A DNA stretch of 64,000 nt from positions 224,001 to 288,000 of the forward strand of contig CAVXLD010000001.1 in NCBI GenBank assembly GCA_963762565.1, given 5' to 3'. The notes beneath the pieces are model-generated. The model made no database searches, had not been told where the DNA came from, and worked only from the letters and a program-made list of their open reading frames with translations. A program made the translations under genes and the position numbers. This document shows positions 39,775 to 47,738 of this stretch, piece after piece (the first letter of the stretch is position 1; every line of letters begins with the position of its first letter). The stretch is from an uncultured Verrucomicrobiae bacterium. GTDB taxonomy: Bacteria > Verrucomicrobiota > Verrucomicrobiia > Chthoniobacterales > JAFAMB01.

Positions 39775-41436
39775 ATGATCCTGAATATCTTAAGGGTAGG
39801 GTTGATCGTTTTCGAGGTCCTGCTCATCTTCAATCTGCTCATCATCGTCCACGAGCTTGGACACTTTCTCGCAGCTCGCTGGCGAGGCTTACATGTAGAC
39901 AAATTTGGCGTCTGGTTCGGCCGGCCAATTCTAAGGCGCACGATCGGAGGCGTTGAGTTCTGCCTGGGTTGGATTCCGGCCGGCGGATTTGTGTTGCTGC
40001 CTCAGATGGCCACCATGGAAGCCGTTGAAGGTAAGTCCGGGGTCAGCGGCTCAGATCTGCCACCCATCAAGCCGCTTGACAAAATCATTGTGGCGGCGGC
40101 GGGGCCGCTCTTCAGTTTTTTGTTAGCCTTGGTTTTCGCAACGATCGTCTGGATCGTCGGCCGGCCAATGGCTGAAGCGGATACTACCACGACCATTGGC
40201 TACGTGGCGCCGGACGCGCCGGCCGCCAAAGCCGGTTTCAAACCGGGCGACAAAGTTCTGGAAGTCGATGGTCATCCTGTAAATCGGTTCAATGGGATGG
40301 TCGACAGCATTACCTGGTACGTCGTCCGCAGCGAAGGAGCGACTATCCCATTTAAAATTCAGCGGGGCGATCAGATTCTGAGCATCAATTCTGGCTTCGA
40401 TAAGCCGGAGACCCCGGGTTGGGAACGAAAGTCATTGCGCCAAGTAGGGTTGCAACCGGCTATTACGCCGATTGTTGCCAAGGTAGCGCCAGATTCGGAA
40501 GGCGCGAAAGCCGGGCTGGAAGCAAACGACGAAGTCGTCGATATCGGTGGCCAGAAGATTTACTACCTCAAGCAAATATCCGAATGGGCTCAGAAACATT
40601 CCGGACAGCCTCTCCCACTTACGGTCATCCGCGACGGACGAACTTTGCACATCGATATGCAGCCGGGTCGTCTCGTGATTGCCGGCATTATCCAGAATAG
40701 CCCGGCGGATGTTGCCAAGTTGCAGAAAGGCGACGTAATCATCGCGCTGAACGATCAGCAGATCTATGACATCGATGCGATCAACCAGTATGTGGATGCC
40801 AATCCGGACAAAGTACTCACTCTGACGGTTCGACGCGAGGGCCAAACACTCTCCGTCCGGATCCGGCCCGCGGTACCGGATCGCCCCCTGTCGCAGGAAG
40901 GAAAAACGCATCCGATCATTGGTTTCTACACTGGCGAGAGTACGGACGGAATTACCTGGGATGCGGGCGGCAAATTGACGACTGCTCACATCTCCCCGAT
41001 TGAACAGGTCTCTGCCGGAGTAGAGACAATCACGAACACGATCGGTGCGCTGCTCTCACCACAGTCGGATATCAAGCTACAGCACATGAGTGGCCCGGTG
41101 ATGATCATGCGGACCTATTACCTGCTGTTTCAAAGCGAATTTGGTTGGCAGCTGGCCCTATGGTTCAGCGTCGTATTCAACATCAACCTGGCAATCATTA
41201 ACCTGCTGCCTATCCCGGTGCTTGACGGTGGGCATATTCTCTTGGCCATCCTGGAAGCAATCCGGCGGCGGCCGCTCAATATTCGGGTGCTCGAAGTGTT
41301 GCAGGGCGCCTGCGCGATCTTGCTGATTGGATTCATGCTCTACGTCTCCTTCTATGATGTGCAGGACTCCGTTGGCGGGAACCAGAAACCGGCGTTTAAT
41401 CATCCCGCCCAACCTGCGCCTTCCGACAACCAATGA
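39775..41436 (+). CDS. rseP: RIP metalloprotease RseP (site-2 protease with multiple PDZ domains)
   Basis: HELGH, AGP, NLLPIPVLDGGH; dxr-rseP-ispG synteny. Confidence 0.93.
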   Translation: MILNILRVGLIVFEVLLIFNLLIIVHELGHFLAARWRGLHVDKFGVWFGRPILRRTIGGVEFCLGWIPAGGFVLLPQMATMEAVEGKSGVSGSDLPPIKPLDKIIVAAAGPLFSFLLALVFATIVWIVGRPMAEADTTTTIGYVAPDAPAAKAGFKPGDKVLEVDGHPVNRFNGMVDSITWYVVRSEGATIPFKIQRGDQILSINSGFDKPETPGWERKSLRQVGLQPAITPIVAKVAPDSEGAKAGLEANDEVVDIGGQKIYYLKQISEWAQKHSGQPLPLTVIRDGRTLHIDMQPGRLVIAGIIQNSPADVAKLQKGDVIIALNDQQIYDIDAINQYVDANPDKVLTLTVRREGQTLSVRIRPAVPDRPLSQEGKTHPIIGFYTGESTDGITWDAGGKLTTAHISPIEQVSAGVETITNTIGALLSPQSDIKLQHMSGPVMIMRTYYLLFQSEFGWQLALWFSVVFNINLAIINLLPIPVLDGGHILLAILEAIRRRPLNIRVLEVLQGACAILLIGFMLYVSFYDVQDSVGGNQKPAFNHPAQPAPSDNQ

Positions 41437-43301
41437 AGAATCCAGCGTACTGTCCCGATCCTTGGGTTTATCAGCGCCGGCGTACGCGGGTGGTTAACGT
41501 CGGCAACGTCGGTGTTGGTGGCGACAACCCGATCCGAGTCCAATCCATGTTGACCTGTGACACCATGGACACAGAAACCAGCATTCAGCAGACTCTGGAT
41601 TTGGTGAAGGTCGGTTGCGAAATCGTCCGGATCACAGCCCCAACCGTAAAAGACGCCAAGAACCTAAGATTAATTAAACAAGGTTTGCTCGAGCGGGGTT
41701 GCGATGTGCCAATCGTGGCCGATATCCACTTCAAGCCGGAAGCCGCTCTTGAAGCCGCGCAATGGATCGAAAAGGTTCGGATTAATCCCGGGAACTACGC
41801 GGACTCGAAGAAGTTCGTCGTCAAAGAATATTCTGACGAACAATATCAAGACGAGCTGGCGCGGATCCGCGGGCGATTCACTCCGTTGGTCAAACTGTGC
41901 CAAGAGCGCGGCGTCAGCATGCGGATCGGCACCAATCACGGCTCCCTCAGCGACCGTATCATGAACCGATACGGTGATACGCCGCTTGGCATGGTGGAGA
42001 GCGCGCTAGAGTTTGCGCACATCGCTCGCGACCTCGGCTACCACGATTTCATCTTCTCCATGAAAGCAAGTAATCCGAAGGTGATGATCTGCGCCTATCG
42101 CTTGCTGGTTTCTCGGCTATACGCAGAAGGACCGGATTGGAATTATCCGCTGCATCTCGGCGTGACTGAGGCCGGCGATGGCGAAGACGGTCGGATTAAG
42201 AGCGCCATCGGGATTGGTTCGCTCTTGGCCGATGGCCTCGGCGACACCATCCGGGTTTCATTAACCGAGGACAGCGTACACGAGATTCCCGTCGCCCAGG
42301 CGCTAGTGGCCCCTTATAACGCCGTCAACGCCGCGAGCGCCGAAAACGGAACCAATCACGAATCACCAATCACCAATCACCTTACCCTTCTCACCTCTCA
42401 CGTCTCACCTCTCACTTCTCACTTCGATACGCTCCCTTTCGATCCATTTCACTTCGAGAAACGGGAGACCGAAAAAATCCAAGTGAACGGCGTGGATCTC
42501 GGGGGTGAGGAATTGATTCGAGTAGCCATATCTCAGGGCAACTTTGAAAAGATTGCGCATAAGGTCGACAAGATGGGCGATTTCAAACCCGAAATCGTCG
42601 TAGAAGAATCCGGGGTTGTAGCTGTCGATCCGAGAGATGAGGCCAAGATTGCTGAGATCAACAGCAACTCACAACCCTGTTTGGTGACGGTCTCCGATCA
42701 CATCGGTCTGCCCACCATAACGGCATTTCGACTCCTGGCAGCTCAGCTACAAGCGCGACATCCAATCCTGTTGAAGGACACCCTGGTCCCATCATCGGAC
42801 GGTCAAAAGGATTTTGTACAAACGTTGCTGGAATCGGCGACCAATCTTGGGGCACTGATCTGCGACGGTATCGGTGACGCGATCCTGGTGCAGGGAGAAC
42901 AAGCGCCCGGCCAATCATTGCGGCTGTCTTACAATATTCTCCAAGCTGCCGGCAGCCGGATCTTCAAAACCGATTACGTTGCCTGCCCTTCCTGTGGCCG
43001 GACGTTGTTTAACTTGCAAACCACCACGGCCAAGATCAAGGCCTCCACCACTCATCTGAAAGGAGTCAAGATCGCGATTATGGGGTGTATCGTAAATGGC
43101 CCTGGTGAAATGGCTGACGCCGATTTTGGCTACGTCGGCGGCGCTCCTGGCAAGGTGAATCTTTACGTCGGTAAAACCGCCGTGAAGTTTAATATCCCCG
43201 AAGCAGAAGCCGTCGATCGGTTAGTCGATCTAATCAAAGAGCACGGCCGCTGGGTGGAAAAACCGGTCGAGGCTGCTGAAGCAGCTGAAATGGTGGCATA
43301 G
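41433..43301 (+). CDS. ispG: (E)-4-hydroxy-3-methylbut-2-enyl-diphosphate synthase, long form
   Basis: IRVQSM, VADIHF, RINPGN, NHGSLS, LHLGVTEAG, ACPSCGR, MGCIVNGPGE. Confidence 0.96.
   Translation: MKNPAYCPDPWVYQRRRTRVVNVGNVGVGGDNPIRVQSMLTCDTMDTETSIQQTLDLVKVGCEIVRITAPTVKDAKNLRLIKQGLLERGCDVPIVADIHFKPEAALEAAQWIEKVRINPGNYADSKKFVVKEYSDEQYQDELARIRGRFTPLVKLCQERGVSMRIGTNHGSLSDRIMNRYGDTPLGMVESALEFAHIARDLGYHDFIFSMKASNPKVMICAYRLLVSRLYAEGPDWNYPLHLGVTEAGDGEDGRIKSAIGIGSLLADGLGDTIRVSLTEDSVHEIPVAQALVAPYNAVNAASAENGTNHESPITNHLTLLTSHVSPLTSHFDTLPFDPFHFEKRETEKIQVNGVDLGGEELIRVAISQGNFEKIAHKVDKMGDFKPEIVVEESGVVAVDPRDEAKIAEINSNSQPCLVTVSDHIGLPTITAFRLLAAQLQARHPILLKDTLVPSSDGQKDFVQTLLESATNLGALICDGIGDAILVQGEQAPGQSLRLSYNILQAAGSRIFKTDYVACPSCGRTLFNLQTTTAKIKASTTHLKGVKIAIMGCIVNGPGEMADADFGYVGGAPGKVNLYVGKTAVKFNIPEAEAVDRLVDLIKEHGRWVEKPVEAAEAAEMVA
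42318..42425 (+). repeat. In-frame 9-mer plus heptamer repeat insertion within ispG
   Basis: aacgccgtc aacgccgcg agcgccgaa aacgg, then accaatc acgaatc accaatc accaatc ... acctctc acgtctc acctctc acttctc; the same units are intergenic at 5590-5632 and 63775-63925. Confidence 0.85.
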
Positions 43302-43319
43302 TCCGGGAGAGATTGTTCG

Positions 43320-43420
43320 CCACGGCCTCGCAAGCGAGGCACCGCTCCACGGTTCCAACTGCATCTTGATGCCCGGCCCTAGTCCATCCATTTCGTGTCG
43401 ATTCGCGTCCATTCGTGGTT
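43320..43420. repeat. Family E single arm (43320-43352) plus family F 10-mer tandem (43388-43420)
   Basis: ccacggcctcgcaagcgaggcaccgctccacgg; catttcgtgtcgattcgcgtccattcgtggtt. Confidence 0.8.
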
Positions 43421-43450
43421 TAGTTTCACAAAGATCGGGATTCCGTTCTC

Positions 43451-44011
43451 ATGAGTGTTCGACCACATGCCCCACCGCTAACAGAGCAAGATTACTACAA
43501 TCTACCGGAAGGCAGCAGATACCAGCTAATCGAAGGTGATCTCTACATGGCTCCCGCCCCGAACCTTTACCACCAAACGATTCTCGGTAACCTAGCTTTC
43601 GCGCTCCGTTCCTATGTGGAACAGAATCCAATCGGTATCCTGTTCCAAGCTCCCACCGATGTTTTCTTCAGTCGGGAAAGCATCTGGCAGCCGGACCTTT
43701 TTATCGTGCTGAATTCTCGGCGACACATACTCACAATCAGGCGTTGCGAAGGAGCTCCCAATTTCATTGCCGAGATTCTATCTCCTAGCAGCCAAGACCT
43801 GGACTTACACACAAAAAAGGTAGTGTACGCTCGCGCAGGCGTCGACGAGTATTGGATTCTAGATCCAGAGAGCAACGAACTTTTGATTCATCGGTTTGAC
43901 GACAACCCAAACAATCCGATCGCTCGTCTCAAGCCGCCTGAGAAGGCCACTAGTTCTCTTTTCCCAGGATTAGCCATCGACTTAGACCACCTCTTCCGCC
44001 GGGTTATTTAG
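43451..44011 (+). CDS. Uma2 family (DUF820) PD-(D/E)XK endonuclease-like protein
   Basis: YQLIEGDLYMAPAP..HQ, QPDL, EILSPS...D...KK..YAR.GV.EYWILDP. Confidence 0.9.
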   Translation: MSVRPHAPPLTEQDYYNLPEGSRYQLIEGDLYMAPAPNLYHQTILGNLAFALRSYVEQNPIGILFQAPTDVFFSRESIWQPDLFIVLNSRRHILTIRRCEGAPNFIAEILSPSSQDLDLHTKKVVYARAGVDEYWILDPESNELLIHRFDDNPNNPIARLKPPEKATSSLFPGLAIDLDHLFRRVI

Positions 44012-44205
44012 GCTACGTCGTGAGTTGCAGATACTGTTTCCGGTTATCTCGTTGGTAGTCGGTTATGAAGAACCTTGAGGAGATTAAGCTGCACGACCGG
44101 AATGAATCGGCCTCTTTAGTCAAGCGCCCCGAGCCCTCTTTGAAATCGGCACACGACGCAGAGCGTAGATAACAACAGTGCACACAGCGAAAATCGCGTT
44201 GTTCA

Positions 44206-44238
44206 CCACGGCCTCGCAAGCGAGGCACCGCTCCACGG
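44206..44238. repeat. Family E single arm
   Basis: Identical to 43320-43352 and in the same orientation. Confidence 0.85.
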
Positions 44239-44293
44239 GCTCCGACCGCAGGCGCCACTTGCATGAATCCGGAAACCGCTTTCGTTTCTCTGC

Positions 44294-45400
44294 ATGACTG
44301 GATCGCTACCGAATATTGGCTTTGTGGGCCTGGGCTGGCCCGGTGAACGTCACGCAGAAGGCGTTATCGCTTCCTCGCTCGGCGCCGTGCATGCCGCCTG
44401 TGACCTTAACCAGGAACGGCTCGAAAAATTTGTCACCACATTTCGCCCAGCTCGAGCGTTTACGGATTTCAAGGAGATGCTCAATGATTCCGCTCTCGAT
44501 GCGGTCGTGATCAGTCTGCCAAACGCCCTCCATTATCCGTTCTCACTGCAAGCATTGCAGGCTGGCAAACATGTCCTTTGCGAAAAGCCGCCTACGATGA
44601 ACGCGGGTCAGATGAAGACGCTGCACGAAGAAGCGCAGAAACGCGGGCTGGTTTATTATTTCGGCCGCCAGATGCGGTTTTCGCCAGCGATGCAAGCCGC
44701 CAAGACACTCGTCAAAGAGCGGCGTTTAGGTGAGATCTATTTCGCTGAGACCATGTGGGTGCGCTCACGAGGAACCCCGGATGGTGTTGACGGCTGGTTC
44801 ACCGAGCGATCTAAGGCCGGCGGCGGCGCCATCATCGACCTCGGTGTCCATGCGATTGACGCGGCTTGGTACCTGATGGGTACGCCTCAACCGCGAGCGA
44901 TATCCGCGCAGACCTACCAAAAGTTTCCCCAACTGGTTAAGAACAACGTATTCGACGTCGAGGACAACGGATTCGGCATGATCCGGTTCGAGAACGGCGC
45001 CACTCTTTCGTTCAAGGTCTCCTGGGCATCGAATGTGCAGGACGATATCCCGCTGAGTTCGAAACGCGGCCGTTCATTACTCTCGACCTTGGTTTACGGA
45101 CCTAAAGGGTCGATCAGGATCATCGACGCGTTTGAGGCGGATGCAGACAATTTCCCTTCTCCGATCGTTTTCTTTGAAGACCAAGACGGAACACCTGAAA
45201 AAGTGGACGTCCCGGTGCAGGACGTTCGAGGAAGTGCTCTCCGCGCGCACGAGTTTCGCGGACAGGCAACTAACTTCCTCCGCTGCATCCGCGGCGAAGA
45301 GGCCGCCGTTAACAGCTCAAGCCAAGCCGTTCAAATCATGGAAATGCTCGACGCTATTTATCGCTCGAGCCAGTTAGGGAAAGAAGTCACGATCGACTGA
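44294..45400 (+). CDS. Gfo/Idh/MocA family oxidoreductase
   Basis: IGFVGLG, AGKHVLCEKP, GGGAIIDLGVH. Confidence 0.9.
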   Translation: MTGSLPNIGFVGLGWPGERHAEGVIASSLGAVHAACDLNQERLEKFVTTFRPARAFTDFKEMLNDSALDAVVISLPNALHYPFSLQALQAGKHVLCEKPPTMNAGQMKTLHEEAQKRGLVYYFGRQMRFSPAMQAAKTLVKERRLGEIYFAETMWVRSRGTPDGVDGWFTERSKAGGGAIIDLGVHAIDAAWYLMGTPQPRAISAQTYQKFPQLVKNNVFDVEDNGFGMIRFENGATLSFKVSWASNVQDDIPLSSKRGRSLLSTLVYGPKGSIRIIDAFEADADNFPSPIVFFEDQDGTPEKVDVPVQDVRGSALRAHEFRGQATNFLRCIRGEEAAVNSSSQAVQIMEMLDAIYRSSQLGKEVTID

Positions 45401-45424
45401 TATCGTTGAGTGATAAGCGCCAGT

Positions 45425-45660
45425 TCACCACGATTCGACGGTGACATCGCCGACTACATCCTCTCCGACGGCCAACAGCTGGCCAAAGAAATCTGAGGGA
45501 TCGAGCTTCCGAATGCTAAGAAGAGCTTGTAGCTGGGGGCCTTCCGGCAGCAATCCATCAAAGAAAGGCGGGAAGCGATCAAAGTGCCATTGGCGCCGCC
45601 TTGTCGACCTCGTCAGAGAGACTGGCGGCCCTTGGTAGTCAGGCAGTATCAGATGACGAT
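45425..45660 (-). pseudogene. 5'-truncated HipA N-terminal-domain (HipS-like) gene
   Basis: YQGPPVSLT...FPPFFDGLLPEG.....L........D.FGQLLAVGED.VG.VTV resembles the couple_hipA domain; N-terminus replaced by a family E arm; no HipA kinase or HipB adjacent. Confidence 0.7.
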
Positions 45661-45672
45661 GCCCTCTGGTCA

Positions 45673-45704
45673 CCACGGCCTCGCAAGCGAGGCACGCTCC
45701 ACGG
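45673..45704. repeat. Family E single arm
   Basis: ccacggcctcgcaagcgaggcacgctccacgg, same orientation as 43320 and 44206. Confidence 0.85.
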
Positions 45705-45709
45705 TCCGC

Positions 45710-47332
45710 CTACCAGACCTGCCCGCTCGTCCCGGTCGGAAACGGCAGATACTGATAAACCCAAGTCTCGGACAGAACCTTATCGCCGTTCTTCAAGTAA
45801 AGCCGCATATCGACCGGATCATTACCGCTAGCAGTCAGATCGAATTGAGCGCGCCAATGTCCGGGTACGCCGTCTGGAACTGCTTCCGCAAAGATATAGG
45901 AAAAGGTACCTCGCGACGCCCACAGAACGGGCTCCGGTTTAACTCCAAACGGGAGATCAACCAACGGTCCTCCCAAGAACTCAACCATGAATTTCCGCAC
46001 CCCTTGCGGACGTGGTTGACCTGGGACACCCCCATTACCCAGCCGGGTAGCGACGCAACGGGCGAGAGGTGACGGAAATGGCTCGTCGGCTAACCAGTGG
46101 AGCCGGTAACGCAGACGATAAGAATTCCCTGCTTTAGCGGGATCCGCCGGAACCCACATCGCACCGATGTTATCGTGAGTCTCATCATCGGTCGGGATCT
46201 CGACTAATTGAACCGTTCCCTTTCCGAAAGGATTCAGGGGCTCGATCCATAAACTCGGGCGCCGATCGTAAAAGACGCCGTCCAGATAATGATCAAAATC
46301 CCGGTCCCGTTGCAGCAAGCCATATCCCCGAGGGTCAGTATCACTGAAAGACGAGACCTCGACGTGCTGTGGATCATTCAATGGCCTCCAGATATGTTCG
46401 CCGGCAGAGGTCCAGATGGCCAAGCCATCCGAATCATGCACCTCGGGCCGCCAATCTATCGCAGTCGGCTTTTTGGTTTCTGAAAACCAATACATCGAAG
46501 TCGCCGGCGCAATTCCGAGTCGCTCCACGTCTTTGCGCAAGAAAAGAGCAGGCTCCACTTCCATGATGACGCCTTTAGCGCGGTGTAGATCGAACCGATA
46601 TGCGCCCGCTATACTCGGCCCGTCCAGCATGGCATAGACCGTCATGACGTCCGCATCGGATTTCGGTGTCTCGAAATAAAATTCGGTAAAATTAGGAAAC
46701 TCCTCCGGCCGATCCGGCTCGGTTATGTTAATCGCAATACCCCGGGCCGATATGCCGTACTGATAAAGCTCTCCGATCGTCCGAAAATAGGAAGCGCCAA
46801 GAAAGGCCGCCCAGTCATTTTTACGCCAGTCCAGTTTCGCTTGGTCCCCCAGCCGGCTCTCTTGTATTCTGAACCCGGCGAACCCTGTCCCCTTCGAAAG
46901 AAGTCGCGCCGGACTATCCGCCGGCATATCAAAGTAGGTGCCATCATAAATGATTTCATGAGCCGACGAGGCCGACGGACCATTGTCAATCACATACATC
47001 CGAACCGGCGTCCGATCGTAGAGGCCCAGATGGAAAAACGTTATCGGATAGCGCCCAGGACCGTTTGCAAAGAGCGCGTATTCCGGCTTGAAATGGATTT
47101 TACTGAGCGCGTCGTAATTGATCTTATCGAGAATGTCGCTGGGCGGAGCCGGCGGCTCTACGTACGGCCGGCTAGCGGCGTCTTTAGCCCGGGCGATTAG
47201 CCCATCAAAGGAGAACGGACTACCGTCACCAAATTTCAGGCTGGGTGCAGAATCAGCCGAAGATCTGATACCCAACGCTGCTAGGGTAGCCGTGGCTCCG
47301 GCCGACACAATAAAAGTACGGCGGTCCATCAT
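45710..47332 (-). CDS. opgD: Periplasmic glucan biosynthesis protein, OpgG/OpgD (MdoG/D) family, Tat-exported
   Basis: DRRTFI twin-arginine signal; FLGASYFR, YGISARG, EEFP, RPEVHDSDGL, DETHDNI; OpgD versus OpgG inferred only from the Tat signal. Confidence 0.85.
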   Translation of the reverse strand: MMDRRTFIVSAGATATLAALGIRSSADSAPSLKFGDGSPFSFDGLIARAKDAASRPYVEPPAPPSDILDKINYDALSKIHFKPEYALFANGPGRYPITFFHLGLYDRTPVRMYVIDNGPSASSAHEIIYDGTYFDMPADSPARLLSKGTGFAGFRIQESRLGDQAKLDWRKNDWAAFLGASYFRTIGELYQYGISARGIAINITEPDRPEEFPNFTEFYFETPKSDADVMTVYAMLDGPSIAGAYRFDLHRAKGVIMEVEPALFLRKDVERLGIAPATSMYWFSETKKPTAIDWRPEVHDSDGLAIWTSAGEHIWRPLNDPQHVEVSSFSDTDPRGYGLLQRDRDFDHYLDGVFYDRRPSLWIEPLNPFGKGTVQLVEIPTDDETHDNIGAMWVPADPAKAGNSYRLRYRLHWLADEPFPSPLARCVATRLGNGGVPGQPRPQGVRKFMVEFLGGPLVDLPFGVKPEPVLWASRGTFSYIFAEAVPDGVPGHWRAQFDLTASGNDPVDMRLYLKNGDKVLSETWVYQYLPFPTGTSGQVW

Positions 47333-47535
47333 GAACTCGATTCCTTCGAAGACAAAGCCTCATCCGAGAAGGAACGAGGAACGATAAAAAGGCCAACAAT
47401 TCTTCGCATCTTTTGAAAACGTACCGCCGGAAAAGCCTAGTGTTAATGGCGATCCGTCAGATTTTCAAGTGATGCTGGATTGCTGAATGTTGATGATAGC
47501 CGACCGGGATGGGTGCCGGGAAGCACGGTTTGGGA

Positions 47536-47738
47536 CCGGGAGGTATCGCGTCCTCGCGATCCGTCGTTCCCGAAGCCGAGGACCTGTTGCCAATCGTGGA
47601 CGAAAATGGACCTCCAAATGGTGGCACGTCCTCGCGGCGCGCGGGGATCCTCCGTCGCTAAAGCTATGGCGGACAGGCAGCGCGCCCTCCCCGGACCGGC
47701 CTCGTAATCGTTTGGTTTTTCGGGAGTCTCGCCCTACC
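47536..47738. repeat. Family M doublet, copy 2 (47536-47694), with a ~30-nt hairpin inserted in its right arm, plus a family D arm (47719-47738) holding the smc stop
   Basis: ccgggaggtatcgcgtcctcgcgatccg...cggcgcgcgggga[tcctccgtcgctaaagctatggcggacagg]cagcgcgccctccccgg; ttcgggagtctcgccctacc. Confidence 0.75.
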
